Positions 20,795-30,002 of a stretch of DNA of 39,660 nucleotides are shown in pieces. The stretch is from positions 1 to 39,660 of the forward strand of contig JBGPED010000002.1 in NCBI GenBank assembly GCA_041482595.1, read 5' to 3'. Under the pieces are notes generated by a model, which saw only the letters and a list, made by a program, of their open reading frames with translations, was not told the DNA's origin and searched no databases. This stretch comes from Acidobacteriota bacterium (GTDB lineage Bacteria > Acidobacteriota > Polarisedimenticolia > Gp22-AA2). A program made the position numbers and the translations under genes. Every line of letters begins with the position of its first letter. Position 1 is the stretch's first letter.

Positions 20795-22338
20795 GCACCG
20801 AGAGGGCCGCGGCTCCCACCGGCAACGAGCTGCCCGCCGCCCCGAAGTCGCCGCGCGGCTTCTGCTCTCCCGCGGCGCTGGCCGAGATCATCCGCGACCT
20901 CTACCTGGACGAGAATACCGGCACGCTTCACCTGTCGCGCAGCGGTGTGGAGAAGAGGATCCTTCTCGACCGCGGCATGATCATGGCGGCGTCCTCCTCC
21001 CTGCCGGACGAGACGCTCGCCGCCGTCCTGGTCGAGCGTGGCTGGATGCAGCCGGAGGAGGCCGAGGCGCTGAAGGGCCTGGACGATCGCCAGGTGGGGG
21101 AAATCGCCGCGCGCCGGGGACTCCTGACCTCCGTGATGCTGCAGCAGGCCAACCGGGATCTCGCGCAGCGCATCCTGACCGCGCTGTTCCGCTGGGACGA
21201 CATCGAGTACCGGTTCGAGGAAGGGCCGGTCACCGCGGGGCTCCTCGAGAGCGACGTCGTCGTCAGCTTCGAGATGATCATCCGGGCCCTGCGCTCGATG
21301 GTCGGGTTCGAGTCGATCCGCGAGGCTCTCGTGCGGCAGGACCGCACCCTGCGGCTGTCGGATCAGGTCTATCTCCCGGTCGACCGCCTGACGCTGGCGC
21401 CGATCGAGGGATTCCTCCTGTCGCGCGTGGACGGTCAGACCAAGGTTCGCGACGTCCTGGCGCAGATGCCTCCGGCCGACGAGGAGGCCGCTTCGCGGTT
21501 CCTGTTCGGGCTCCTGATTCTCGGCCTGGTCAACTTCGCCCCGGCGATCTCGGCAGGACCCCTCAGCTGCGGGGACCTCGTGCGCGGCGAGGAGGAAAAG
21601 AAGAAGCGCGAGGATCGCGAGCGGACCGAGGTGACGGACTACTACAGGCTGGTCCAACAGGGGACGCCCCAGGCGATCCTCGGGATCACCGAGGAGGCGA
21701 CCCAGGAGCAGGTGAAGACGGCCTACCTCGAGCGCAAGGAACGATTCCAGCCCGCGCGCTTCATGAAAAAGGTGCAACAGGACCTCCGGGAAGAGCTGCA
21801 GATCATCGAAGCGCGCCTCCTCGAAGCGTTCCTCAAGGTGCGATCGGAGAAGCTGTTCGCCGCCAAGGCCGCGGGCCAGGGCACCGAGAAGGTGGTCAAC
21901 CTGGACCTGGAAAGCCTGTCGCTCCGCAAGGAGCTGAGCAAGACCGAGAAGCAGTCGATGGAGGAGGAGAAGAGCCGCATGGCCGAGCAGTTCTTCAACA
22001 AGGCCAGGGACTACTTCAAGATGGGGGACTACTTCAACTGCATCCGCTACTGCGAGTTCGCCACGTCCTACAGCGATCGGAACGCCGCCGTGTTCGGTCT
22101 TTTGGGCCAGGCCCTGATGCGCAACCCGGACTACCGCTGGCAGAAGAGGGCGGAGAGCGCGTTCCAGCGCGCCGCCGAGCTCGAGCCGTTCAATCCCGGC
22201 CATTTCGTGGCCCTGGGTCACTTCTACGAATCCCACGGGCTCCTTGCCAAGGCCAGGAGGGAGTACGAGAAGACGCTCGAGCTCGTCCCGACCCACGCTG
22301 AAGCCCTGGCGTCGCTCCGCGATCTCGAGAAGAAATAG
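20791..22338 (+). CDS. DUF4388-like / degenerate J-domain / TPR protein
   Basis: ATG 20791 overlaps the preceding stop (ATGA). The N-terminal segment IIRDLYLDENTGTLHLSR resembles DUF4388. The central DYYRLV..ILGI..EQVKTAYLERKERFQPARF is J-domain-like, with QPA replacing HPD. The C-terminus has TPR repeats. Confidence 0.72.
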   Translation: MSTERAAAPTGNELPAAPKSPRGFCSPAALAEIIRDLYLDENTGTLHLSRSGVEKRILLDRGMIMAASSSLPDETLAAVLVERGWMQPEEAEALKGLDDRQVGEIAARRGLLTSVMLQQANRDLAQRILTALFRWDDIEYRFEEGPVTAGLLESDVVVSFEMIIRALRSMVGFESIREALVRQDRTLRLSDQVYLPVDRLTLAPIEGFLLSRVDGQTKVRDVLAQMPPADEEAASRFLFGLLILGLVNFAPAISAGPLSCGDLVRGEEEKKKREDRERTEVTDYYRLVQQGTPQAILGITEEATQEQVKTAYLERKERFQPARFMKKVQQDLREELQIIEARLLEAFLKVRSEKLFAAKAAGQGTEKVVNLDLESLSLRKELSKTEKQSMEEEKSRMAEQFFNKARDYFKMGDYFNCIRYCEFATSYSDRNAAVFGLLGQALMRNPDYRWQKRAESAFQRAAELEPFNPGHFVALGHFYESHGLLAKARREYEKTLELVPTHAEALASLRDLEKK

Positions 22339-22375
22339 ACCGACCCCTTCCCCGAAACCCTTGTCCCCCGCACAA

Positions 22376-22403
22376 TTGACAAAGATCTCCTGCGTGCTAT
22401 AAT
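22376..22403 (+). promoter_or_regulatory. Near-consensus sigma70 promoter of the yceD-rpmF-plsX-fab cluster
   Basis: TTGACA (22376-81), 16-nt spacer ending in TGc (extended -10), TATAAT (22398-403). It is 27 nt upstream of ATG 22430. Confidence 0.65.
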
Positions 22404-22429
22404 GCGCCGTCCTCCTGGACCGAAGCGTC

Positions 22430-22945
22430 ATGTACATAGAAACAAAGGAGATAGGGCCCGAGGGGCTGACGATCAGCCGCTCGATTCAAGGGTTACGGCT
22501 CCCCTCGGGCGATGCCGAAGGCACCCAGGTGGACTCGGTGCATCTGAGCGGTGAGCTGAGCAAGCGCGAGGACGGAGTCTCGTTCTCCGGCCAGATCCGC
22601 ACGTCGGCCCACCTCGCCTGCAGCAGGTGCCTGGAGGAGTACTCGCTCCCCCTCGACCTTCCGTTCGACCTGATCTACACGACCGCACCGGACGGGGCGG
22701 CGGGGGAAGGCAATCGAATCGACGACGACATGGTCACGCGCGTTCACTATGACGGTAAACGGATCGATCTCGGGGCACTCCTGTCCGAGCAGTTGTTTCT
22801 CGGTCTGCCGCTCAAGCCGCTCTGCCGCCCGGACTGCCTCGGTCTCTGTGCCCGTTGCGGGACCAATCTCAACGGCGGTGACTGCGCCTGCGCGGAGGAG
22901 AGGACCGAGGATCCTCGTCTCCGGGTCCTGAAGAACCTCCTCTAG
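22430..22945 (+). CDS. yceD: YceD/DUF177 family protein (ribosome-associated, precedes rpmF)
   Basis: 171 aa. Conserved position upstream of rpmF. The C-terminal Cys cluster CRPDCLGLCARCGTNLN..CAC is typical of DUF177. Confidence 0.85.
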   Translation: MYIETKEIGPEGLTISRSIQGLRLPSGDAEGTQVDSVHLSGELSKREDGVSFSGQIRTSAHLACSRCLEEYSLPLDLPFDLIYTTAPDGAAGEGNRIDDDMVTRVHYDGKRIDLGALLSEQLFLGLPLKPLCRPDCLGLCARCGTNLNGGDCACAEERTEDPRLRVLKNLL

Positions 22946-22968
22946 AGCCACAGGGAAGGAACGCTCGC

Positions 22969-23151
22969 ATGCCGAATCCGAAACGACGTCATTCACGCGC
23001 ACGCCGCGACAAGAGACGCGCCCACGACGCTCTCACTCGCCCGAACCTTTCGAAATGCCCGAACTGCCAGGAGGACAAGCTGCCGCACCGGGTCTGCCCT
23101 CATTGCGGGTACTACAAGGGAAGGGAAGTCATCGAGGTCGGCGAGATCTAG
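22969..23151 (+). CDS. rpmF: 50S ribosomal protein L32
   Basis: 60 aa. MPNPKRRHSRARRDKRRAH and the CPNC...CPHCG zinc ribbon. Confidence 0.95.
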   Translation: MPNPKRRHSRARRDKRRAHDALTRPNLSKCPNCQEDKLPHRVCPHCGYYKGREVIEVGEI

Positions 23152-23267
23152 GACGTGGTTCGGCCGCCCGCCCCGCCGGCCCGCACAAGCCGCGTCACCA
23201 CTGCCGGGCGGTCCTCCGACCCGGGTTCGTTCCGGTGCGCGCGTTCGGGAAGGGTGCACACGTGGAG

Positions 23268-24332
23268 ATGTCGATCGCCATCGACGCGATGGGAGGCGAT
23301 TTCGCCCCCTCGCATCCCGTGGCCGGCGCCGTCCTGGCGGCGCGCGAGTACGGGGCGCGTCTCATCCTGGTGGGCCGCAAGGACGCGATCGAGTCCGAGC
23401 TTCTGAAGCATCGCGCCGGCGGGCTGCCGATCGAGATTGTCCACGCCAGCGAAGTGGTCGAGATGCACGAGTCTCCCGTCACCGCCTTCCGGCGCAAGAA
23501 GGACTCGTCCATCCGCGTCGCGGCGACCCTGGTGCGCGACGGGCGCGCGGCGGGAGTCGTCAGCGCCGGGAACACGGGGGCGGTGATGACCACGGTCAAG
23601 ATGATCTGCGGCGTCCTGGAGGGGGTGGAGCGGCCCGCCCTGTGCGCGGTCGTTCCGAACCTCAAGGGACCCTCAGTCTGGCTCGATGTCGGCGCCAACA
23701 TCGACTGCAGACCGGAGCACCTCGTGCAGTTCGCCGTGATGGGGCACCTGTACGCACGCGAAGTGCTCGGCGTCAAGAACCCGCGGGTCGGTCTGATGAG
23801 CATCGGCGAGGAGGACAGCAAGGGAAACGAAGTCACGCGGGAGGCGTTCCGCGTCCTCAAGGAGGCCCCTCTCAACTTCATCGGCAACGTCGAGGGGCGG
23901 GACATTTTCAACGGCAAGGCCGACGTGATCGTCTGCGACGGCTTCATCGGAAACGTCTCGCTCAAGGCCGTCGAGAGCGCCGCGGAGGCGATCCTCCACT
24001 TCATGAAAGAGGAAATCGCCAAGTCGTTCCTGGCAAAGGTGGGTTACCTCCTGGCGCGCCCGGCGTTCCGCAACTTCCGCAAAAAGGTCGACTACGCCGA
24101 GTACGGGGGGGTGCCGCTCCTCGGCGTGCGGGCGGCGGTCATCATCTGCCACGGAGGATCGTCCGTACGGGCCATCAAGAACGCCGTGCGCGTGACCCAG
24201 GATTTCGTGAGGAACCGCGTGAACGATCGCATCCACGACGAAATCCTGAAGATGACGGCGAGCCGGGGCGCGGGCGACGGGATCCAGGCCGGCACCCACG
24301 CGAAGATGGGGGGGCTCGATGACGTGCGGTGA
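23268..24332 (+). CDS. plsX: Phosphate acyltransferase PlsX
   Basis: ATG 23268 gives MSIAIDAMGGDFAP, the canonical PlsX N-terminus. Also SAGNTGA and DGFIGNV. The track ORF 23055 upstream overlaps rpmF. Confidence 0.93.
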   Translation: MSIAIDAMGGDFAPSHPVAGAVLAAREYGARLILVGRKDAIESELLKHRAGGLPIEIVHASEVVEMHESPVTAFRRKKDSSIRVAATLVRDGRAAGVVSAGNTGAVMTTVKMICGVLEGVERPALCAVVPNLKGPSVWLDVGANIDCRPEHLVQFAVMGHLYAREVLGVKNPRVGLMSIGEEDSKGNEVTREAFRVLKEAPLNFIGNVEGRDIFNGKADVIVCDGFIGNVSLKAVESAAEAILHFMKEEIAKSFLAKVGYLLARPAFRNFRKKVDYAEYGGVPLLGVRAAVIICHGGSSVRAIKNAVRVTQDFVRNRVNDRIHDEILKMTASRGAGDGIQAGTHAKMGGLDDVR

Positions 24333-25317
24333 GAGACGGGCGATCATCCGGGGAACGGGCTCGTCCCTGCCGGAGCGCGTCCTGACGAACGCCGACCTGG
24401 AGAGGATGGTGGATACCTCGGACGACTGGATCACCTCGCGCACCGGTATCCGCGAGCGGCGCATCGCGAGGGACGATGAGTACATGTCGCAGTTCGCGAC
24501 GCGCGCCGCGGAAGCGGCGCTCCAGTCGGCCGGCCTTTCCGCCTCCCAGGTCGACCTGATCATCTGCGCGACCGTCACCCCCGACATGCCGATACCCGCG
24601 ACCGCCTGCATCGTCCAGAACAATCTGGGGGCGGCCGGGGCCGCCGCCTTCGATCTGGCGGCCGGGTGCTCCGGTTTCATCTACGCGCTGGCGGTCGCCG
24701 ACCGCTTCGTCGCCACGGGTGATTACGGCGCCGTCCTGGTCATCGGGGCGGAGCTCCTGTCGAAATTCACCGACTGGCGCGATCGGACGACCTGCGTGCT
24801 GTTCGGCGACGGCGCGGGTGCCGTGGTCCTGACACCTGGAGCGGCGCCCTACGGTGTGCTGGCGTCCGCCATGCACGCCGACGGCAGCATGGCGGACTTC
24901 ATCTACGTCCCGGCCGGCGGCACGCGCGAACCGGCGTCGGAGCGTAGCGTGACCGAGAGACGCCACTTCATCCGCATGCGCGGCAACGAGACCTTCAAGA
25001 TGGCGGTCCGCTCGATGGAAGAGTCCTCCCGCGCGGTGCTCGCGAAGGCCGGTCTCGCTCCTGCTGACGTCAACCTGTTCATTCCCCACCAGGCGAACCG
25101 TCGGATCATCGACGCCGTGGGCAGTCGTCTCGGCCTGCGGGAGGACCAGGTCTATGTGAACATCGAGCGCGTCGGGAACACCTCGGCGGCGTCGATCCCC
25201 GTGGCCCTGGACGAAGCCGTGCGCAAGGGGCTCGTCCACAAGGGGGACAACCTTCTCTTCGCGGCGTTCGGCACCGGACTGACCTGGGGCGCGGCCGTCT
25301 GCAAGTGGGGCTGGTGA
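24319..25317 (+). CDS. fabH: 3-oxoacyl-ACP synthase III
   Basis: 332 aa. Active-site region AAGCSGF, HQAN and GNTSAASIP. It overlaps the plsX end by 14 nt. Confidence 0.94.
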   Translation: MTCGERRAIIRGTGSSLPERVLTNADLERMVDTSDDWITSRTGIRERRIARDDEYMSQFATRAAEAALQSAGLSASQVDLIICATVTPDMPIPATACIVQNNLGAAGAAAFDLAAGCSGFIYALAVADRFVATGDYGAVLVIGAELLSKFTDWRDRTTCVLFGDGAGAVVLTPGAAPYGVLASAMHADGSMADFIYVPAGGTREPASERSVTERRHFIRMRGNETFKMAVRSMEESSRAVLAKAGLAPADVNLFIPHQANRRIIDAVGSRLGLREDQVYVNIERVGNTSAASIPVALDEAVRKGLVHKGDNLLFAAFGTGLTWGAAVCKWGW

Positions 25318-26291
25318 GCGCCGTCCGGAGAGTGGCCCTCGTCTTCCCGGGCCAGGGGTCCCAGAGCGTGGGGATGGGCCGGTCCCTCTACGAGACGGAG
25401 CCGGCCGCACGCGCCATCTTCGAGCGCGCCGACCGGGCCCTGGGCTTTCCGCTCAGCCGGGCCTGCTTCGAGGGTCCGGAGGAGACCCTGAGGCTCACGG
25501 CCGTCACGCAGCCCGCCGTCCTCACCACGAGCGTCGCCTGCTTCGCGGCGCTGCGCGCGCACGCTCCCGGCGGCCTGCGGGATTCGATCGTCTGTGCCGC
25601 GGGGCACTCGCTCGGAGAGTACTCGGCGCTCGTCGCCGCCGGGGCGCTCGAGCTCGAGGACGCGGTCGTGACAGTGCGTCGCCGCGGCGAGTACATGCAG
25701 GAGGCGGTGCCGGTCGGCGCCGGGGCGATGGCCGCCGTTCTCGGACTGCCGCTCGAGCAGGTGGAGTCGCTGTGCCGCGAAGCCTCGGGCGGCGACGTCC
25801 TTGCGCCCGCCAACCTGAACGCGCCGGACCAGACCGTCGTCGCCGGGAGCACGGCGGCCGTGGAGCGGCTGGCCGTCTTGGGCATGAAGCGGGGCGCGAA
25901 GAAAATCGTCCTCCTGCCGGTCAGCGCCCCGTTCCATTGCGATCTGATGGCGCCGGCCCGTGAGCGACTGGCCAGGGACCTTTCGAAGCTGCCGTTCCGC
26001 GATGCGGGCATCCCGGTCGTCCTGAACGTCACCGCGCAGCCGGAGACCCGGGCCGGCGCGCTGCAGGCCGCCCTGGCCGACCAGGTCACGCGGCCCGTGC
26101 GCTGGGTGGAAAGCGTCTTGAAGATCAGGGACATGGGAGCGGAACTCATGATCGAGGTCGGGCCGGGACGCGTGCTCTCCGGGCTGGTCCGAAGGATCAT
26201 CCCCGGATCGTCCCTCCTGAACGTGGAGGACCAGACGACGCTCCGGAACGCCTGCGCTGCGCTCGGGAGCGCAGGGGGGCGGACAGAGTGA
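25305..26291 (+). CDS. fabD: Malonyl CoA-ACP transacylase
   Basis: FPGQGSQ and GHSLGEYSAL motifs. The start is GTG 25305 (track) or GTG 25314 (GTGA overlap with the fabH stop). Confidence 0.93.
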   Translation: MGLVSAVRRVALVFPGQGSQSVGMGRSLYETEPAARAIFERADRALGFPLSRACFEGPEETLRLTAVTQPAVLTTSVACFAALRAHAPGGLRDSIVCAAGHSLGEYSALVAAGALELEDAVVTVRRRGEYMQEAVPVGAGAMAAVLGLPLEQVESLCREASGGDVLAPANLNAPDQTVVAGSTAAVERLAVLGMKRGAKKIVLLPVSAPFHCDLMAPARERLARDLSKLPFRDAGIPVVLNVTAQPETRAGALQAALADQVTRPVRWVESVLKIRDMGAELMIEVGPGRVLSGLVRRIIPGSSLLNVEDQTTLRNACAALGSAGGRTE

Positions 26292-27037
26292 GCCAGGGAG
26301 AGCTCAAGGAGCGCGTCAGTTTCGTCACGGGGGCCTCGCGCGGCATCGGCCGCGCCATCGCGCTGGACCTGGCGGCGCGGGGATCCGATCTCGTCCTTCT
26401 CGCCCGCAACAGCGACGATCTGAAGCGCGTCGCGCGGGAGTGCGAGGGCCGGGGCGCGCGCTGCCGGGCGATCGTCATCGACCTCGCGGACGCGGCCTCG
26501 ATCTCCGCCGCTGCGGAGGACGCTCTGAAGGCATTCGGCCGCGTCGACCACCTGGTGAACAACGCCGGGATCACGAGCGACGGGCTCCTTCTCCGGATGA
26601 AGCGCGCGGACTGGGATCGGGTCCTCACGGTCAATCTGACCGGCGCCTTCGAGATGACGCGCGCCGTCCTCCCCGCGATGGTGCGGGCCCGCTACGGCCG
26701 CATCGTCAACATCAGCTCGGTCGTCGGCCTCATGGGCAATCCGGGGCAGGCGAACTACTGCGCGGCCAAGGCGGGGCTCATCGGATTCACGAAGTCGCTG
26801 GCCCGGGAAGTGGCGTCGCGGTCGATCACCGTGAACGCGGTGGCCCCGGGCTTCATCGACACCGAGATGACCCGGGCGCTGGGGCCGGAGGCACGCGACA
26901 GGATGTCGGGCCTCATCCCGCTCGGCCGGCTGGGGACGGCCGAGGACGTGGCGTCAGGCGTGGCGTTTCTCCTCACGCCCGGCGCGTCCTACATCACCGG
27001 CGAGGTGCTGAACATCAGCGGCGGTCTTTACATGTGA
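26288..27037 (+). CDS. fabG: 3-oxoacyl-ACP reductase
   Basis: 249 aa SDR. TGASRGIG, NNAGI and the YCAAK catalytic motif. GTG overlaps the fabD stop. Confidence 0.94.
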   Translation: MSQGELKERVSFVTGASRGIGRAIALDLAARGSDLVLLARNSDDLKRVARECEGRGARCRAIVIDLADAASISAAAEDALKAFGRVDHLVNNAGITSDGLLLRMKRADWDRVLTVNLTGAFEMTRAVLPAMVRARYGRIVNISSVVGLMGNPGQANYCAAKAGLIGFTKSLAREVASRSITVNAVAPGFIDTEMTRALGPEARDRMSGLIPLGRLGTAEDVASGVAFLLTPGASYITGEVLNISGGLYM

Positions 27038-27142
27038 GCGGGGGCGAACAATAATCAGCCTGCCGTACCGGCGTCAACCGAGGCCCCGGACGGCGCGGAC
27101 AAGAGCAGGGCATCCGAGGGCGTCCCGCATGGAGGGGAGCAG

Positions 27143-27379
27143 ATGGCGCAGAACATCGAGGAAAAGGTCAAAGGCATCATCGTCGAGCAGCTGGGCGTCG
27201 ACCCCGAGGAGGTGACGACCGAGGCCTCCTTTGTGAACGATCTGGGGGCGGATTCGCTCGACACGGTCGAGCTGGTCATGGCTCTGGAGGAGGCGTTCAA
27301 GATCGAGATCAGCGACGAGGACGCCGAGAAGATCCACACGGTCGGAGACGCCATCAAGTACATCCAGACCCACGCCTGA
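27143..27379 (+). CDS. acpP: Acyl carrier protein
   Basis: 78 aa. The [18 protein letters not shown] phosphopantetheine attachment motif. Confidence 0.96.
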   Translation: MAQNIEEKVKGIIVEQLGVDPEEVTTEASFVNDLGADSLDTVELVMALEEAFKIEISDEDAEKIHTVGDAIKYIQTHA

Positions 27380-27404
27380 GGCCCGGCACCAGGGGCGAAG
27401 CGAC

Positions 27405-28646
27405 ATGGACAGGCGCGTCGTCATCACCGGGGTGGGCATGGTCTCACCCCTGGGGATCGGCAATCGGGAGAACTGGCAGGCTCTGCTCCAGGGGCGAAGC
27501 GGGATCGGTCCGATCACCCGCTTCGACGCGAGCGACTATCCCTGCCGCATCGCCGGCGAGGTGAAGGGATACAACCCCGAGGACTGGGTACCGAAAAAAG
27601 ATGTCAAGAAGATGGATCTCTTCATCCATTACGCCATGGCCGCGGCGGAGATTGCCATGCGGGACGCCGCCTTCCAGGTGCCGGCGTCGGAGGCGGATCG
27701 GGTCGGCGTGTACATCGGCTCGGGCATCGGCGGGCTCCCTTCGATCGAGCGTCAGCACGCCATCCTGCTGAAAGAGGGACCGCGCAGGGTGTCGCCCTTC
27801 TTCATCATCGGACTCATCGTCAACATGGCCTCGGGCCAGGTCTCGATCCGCCACGGGGCCAAGGGGCCCAACCAGGCGGCGTGCACCGCGTGCGCGACCG
27901 GTACGCACGCCATCGGCGACGCCTTCGAGATCATCAAGCGCGGCGACGCCGACGTCATGATCGCGGGAGGGTGCGAGGGCGTCATCGCGCCCCTGTGCGT
28001 GGGAGGCTTTTCGGCCATGCGCGCGCTGTCCACGCGGAACGACGATCCCGGGCGCGCCTCGCGTCCCTTCGATGCGGACCGGGACGGGTTCGTCATCAGC
28101 GAGGGGGCCGGGATCGTCATCCTCGAGGAGCTCGGACACGCCGTGCGCCGCAACGCCACCGTGCATGCCGAGGTGGCCGGCTACGGCGTGTCGGGTGACG
28201 CGTTCCACGTGTCGGCGCCCTCCGAGGACGGGGACGGGCCGGTGCGGGTGATGCGCAGGGCGATCCAGGACGCGGGGATCGATCCGTCGGCCATCGACTA
28301 CGTCAACGCCCACGGCACCTCCACGCCGCAGGGAGACGCGGTCGAGACGCGCGCCCTCAAGAAGGTCTTCGGGGACCGGGCGCGCAAGGTCGCCGTGAGC
28401 AGCACCAAGTCGATGACCGGGCATCTTCTGGGAGGAGCCGGCGGCCTGGAGACGGCGATCGTCGCGCTGGCCATACGCGAGGACATCGTCCCGCCGACGA
28501 TCAACTACACCACACCCGACCCGGAGTGCGATCTGGACTATGTCCCCAACGAGGCGCGCCGGATGAAGGTGAACTACGCGCTGAACAACTCGTTCGGGTT
28601 CGGGGGGACGAACGCGGCATTGGTGCTGAAGAAGCACGAAGGCTGA
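27405..28646 (+). CDS. fabF: 3-oxoacyl-ACP synthase II
   Basis: 413 aa. The ACTACATG active-site Cys, HGTSTP and [12 protein letters not shown]. Confidence 0.95.
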   Translation: MDRRVVITGVGMVSPLGIGNRENWQALLQGRSGIGPITRFDASDYPCRIAGEVKGYNPEDWVPKKDVKKMDLFIHYAMAAAEIAMRDAAFQVPASEADRVGVYIGSGIGGLPSIERQHAILLKEGPRRVSPFFIIGLIVNMASGQVSIRHGAKGPNQAACTACATGTHAIGDAFEIIKRGDADVMIAGGCEGVIAPLCVGGFSAMRALSTRNDDPGRASRPFDADRDGFVISEGAGIVILEELGHAVRRNATVHAEVAGYGVSGDAFHVSAPSEDGDGPVRVMRRAIQDAGIDPSAIDYVNAHGTSTPQGDAVETRALKKVFGDRARKVAVSSTKSMTGHLLGGAGGLETAIVALAIREDIVPPTINYTTPDPECDLDYVPNEARRMKVNYALNNSFGFGGTNAALVLKKHEG

Positions 28647-28655
28647 TGCCTGAAT

Positions 28656-28671
28656 CCGGGGAAACCCCCGG
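28656..28671. terminator. Hairpin between convergent fabF and the GAPDH-like gene
   Basis: CCGGGG-AAAC-CCCCGG perfect 6-bp stem with no clear U-tract. A weak bidirectional terminator candidate. Confidence 0.3.
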
Positions 28672-28703
28672 TGTCCGCGGGTCCCTGTTCCCCGGTCCCG
28701 CCG

Positions 28704-29777
28704 TCAGACCTCGTCGAAGATCGAATCCTTGAGGCAATTCAGCTTCGGTTCGTACGATTCCGGATACAGGAACCAGCAGGCGGCGGCCACGCTGCTGATG
28801 AGCGCGTTTCCATCCTGCGGTGTGAAGCAGAACCCGACGACCTCGGTGCCGCGGTGCACCGCCAGGGTCGGCACCACCAGGACGCCTTGGTTCAGGATGC
28901 GCCCGTAATGGCCGTAGTCGCGACCGAACGAGAACACCGAGTTGGCGGATTGCTTGTACGTGAGCGCCATGCGATCGTCGCTCTTGATCCGCTCGAGGAT
29001 CGCCTCCACCGTGGTCGGCTTCTTGAGCCGGATGTTGAAGTGGATCGCGTGCATGTACTGGCTGTTGACCTTGAGGGCCGAGGAGAACAGGTTGAGATCG
29101 TGACCCAGGGTGTTGAACAGGTACCAGGCGTCACGCGCGTGGTGGGTCCCGAAGCGCTCGTCCTTGTGCCGGTTGACCTGCGGCGAGGGGACGAAGGAGC
29201 CGTCCTGGCTGATGTCGTTGGCGCGGCGGATGCACGTGAAGCGTCCCTCGATGAAGTCGTCGACGCCGCCGGCCCGGAGACCGATCAGGTCGATCAGGAC
29301 CGCCAGGTTGTGCGTGTTGCAGGACACGACCTGGATGTACTGGTCGACGCCTTTCTTCAGGGTGCGGTCGTTGATGCCGCGGGCGTACATCTTGCCGAAC
29401 CCGAATTCCGAGCCCTGGGCGATGAAGCCCAGCGTGCTGTGCGCGTACTTCTCGTAGATCTCCCTCTTGTTCTGGAGCCCGACGTCCGAAGGAGTGCAGT
29501 CGATCACCACGGTCGCCTGGCGCAGCGCCTCGTGATGCTCGTAGGTCGGTTCGATACCGATGTCGCGGAACCCGCGCCGCGCCGAGTCATCGCAGGCCAG
29601 GCGCGCGCCGCGCTTGATCAGGTTGACCACCTTGGATCGATCGGTGAGCAGGGGGGTGCGCTTGTGGAAGGTCACCTCGTCGAAGCCGAGAAGGTCCTTC
29701 CTGTCGGCGAACAGGCCGATGAGGGGCTCTCCGATGGTGCCCGTGCCGATGATGTGGACGACTTTTCTCGAAGCCAT
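28704..29777 (-). CDS. Type II (archaeal-type) glyceraldehyde-3-phosphate dehydrogenase-like oxidoreductase
   Basis: ATG 29777 has a GGAGA RBS. 357 aa. Rossmann motif IIGTGTIGEP, catalytic-Cys motif VVSCNTHNL (archaeal SCNTT), GTHHARD (archaeal SHHGPD) and MHAIHFNIRLKKP. It is collinear with archaeal GAPDH. The track start 29927 adds 50 non-homologous residues. Confidence 0.78.
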   Translation of the reverse strand: MASRKVVHIIGTGTIGEPLIGLFADRKDLLGFDEVTFHKRTPLLTDRSKVVNLIKRGARLACDDSARRGFRDIGIEPTYEHHEALRQATVVIDCTPSDVGLQNKREIYEKYAHSTLGFIAQGSEFGFGKMYARGINDRTLKKGVDQYIQVVSCNTHNLAVLIDLIGLRAGGVDDFIEGRFTCIRRANDISQDGSFVPSPQVNRHKDERFGTHHARDAWYLFNTLGHDLNLFSSALKVNSQYMHAIHFNIRLKKPTTVEAILERIKSDDRMALTYKQSANSVFSFGRDYGHYGRILNQGVLVVPTLAVHRGTEVVGFCFTPQDGNALISSVAAACWFLYPESYEPKLNCLKDSIFDEV

Positions 29778-29823
29778 CGCGGTCTCCGAATTCGTCGGGC
29801 AGGAACTCCCACATTCACCGCGA

Positions 29824-29852
29824 AACATATCATTCCGCACCGGGGCGGTCAA
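29824..29852 (-). promoter_or_regulatory. Sigma70-type promoter candidate for the GAPDH-like gene
   Basis: On the minus strand: TTGACC (29852-29847), 17-nt spacer, TATGTT (29829-29824). It is about 45 nt upstream of ATG 29777. Confidence 0.45.
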
Positions 29853-29908
29853 TGCGGCACATTCCCGCCATCGGGTCCGCCTGCACACCCGTCCGGCGGG
29901 CCGTTTTC

Positions 29909-29937
29909 TTGACAGCCATCGCCCCAAGTCCTAGAAT
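29909..29937 (+). promoter_or_regulatory. Sigma70-type promoter candidate for the hprK operon
   Basis: TTGACA (29909-14), 17-nt spacer, TAGAAT (29932-37). Confidence 0.55.
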
Positions 29938-30002
29938 GACGGGGACTTGCGGCTTTGTCGGGAGCGCTCCGGTGGCAGCCGGACGGGGCGCGGAGGACGA
30001 GG

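Noticed and set aside
28704-29777. The lower overall GC of the GAPDH-like gene as evidence of recent horizontal transfer.
   Set aside because: Read in frame, the third codon positions remain strongly G/C-biased (ATC, TTC, AAG, GAC, CTG), as in the neighbours. The lower GC comes from amino-acid composition (fewer Ala/Arg/Gly). Composition alone gives no support for recent acquisition.
28671-29912. A 413-aa plus-strand ORF covering the GAPDH-like locus.
   Set aside because: The opposite-strand translation has clear full-length type II GAPDH homology with an RBS and promoter. The plus-strand product has no recognisable features.
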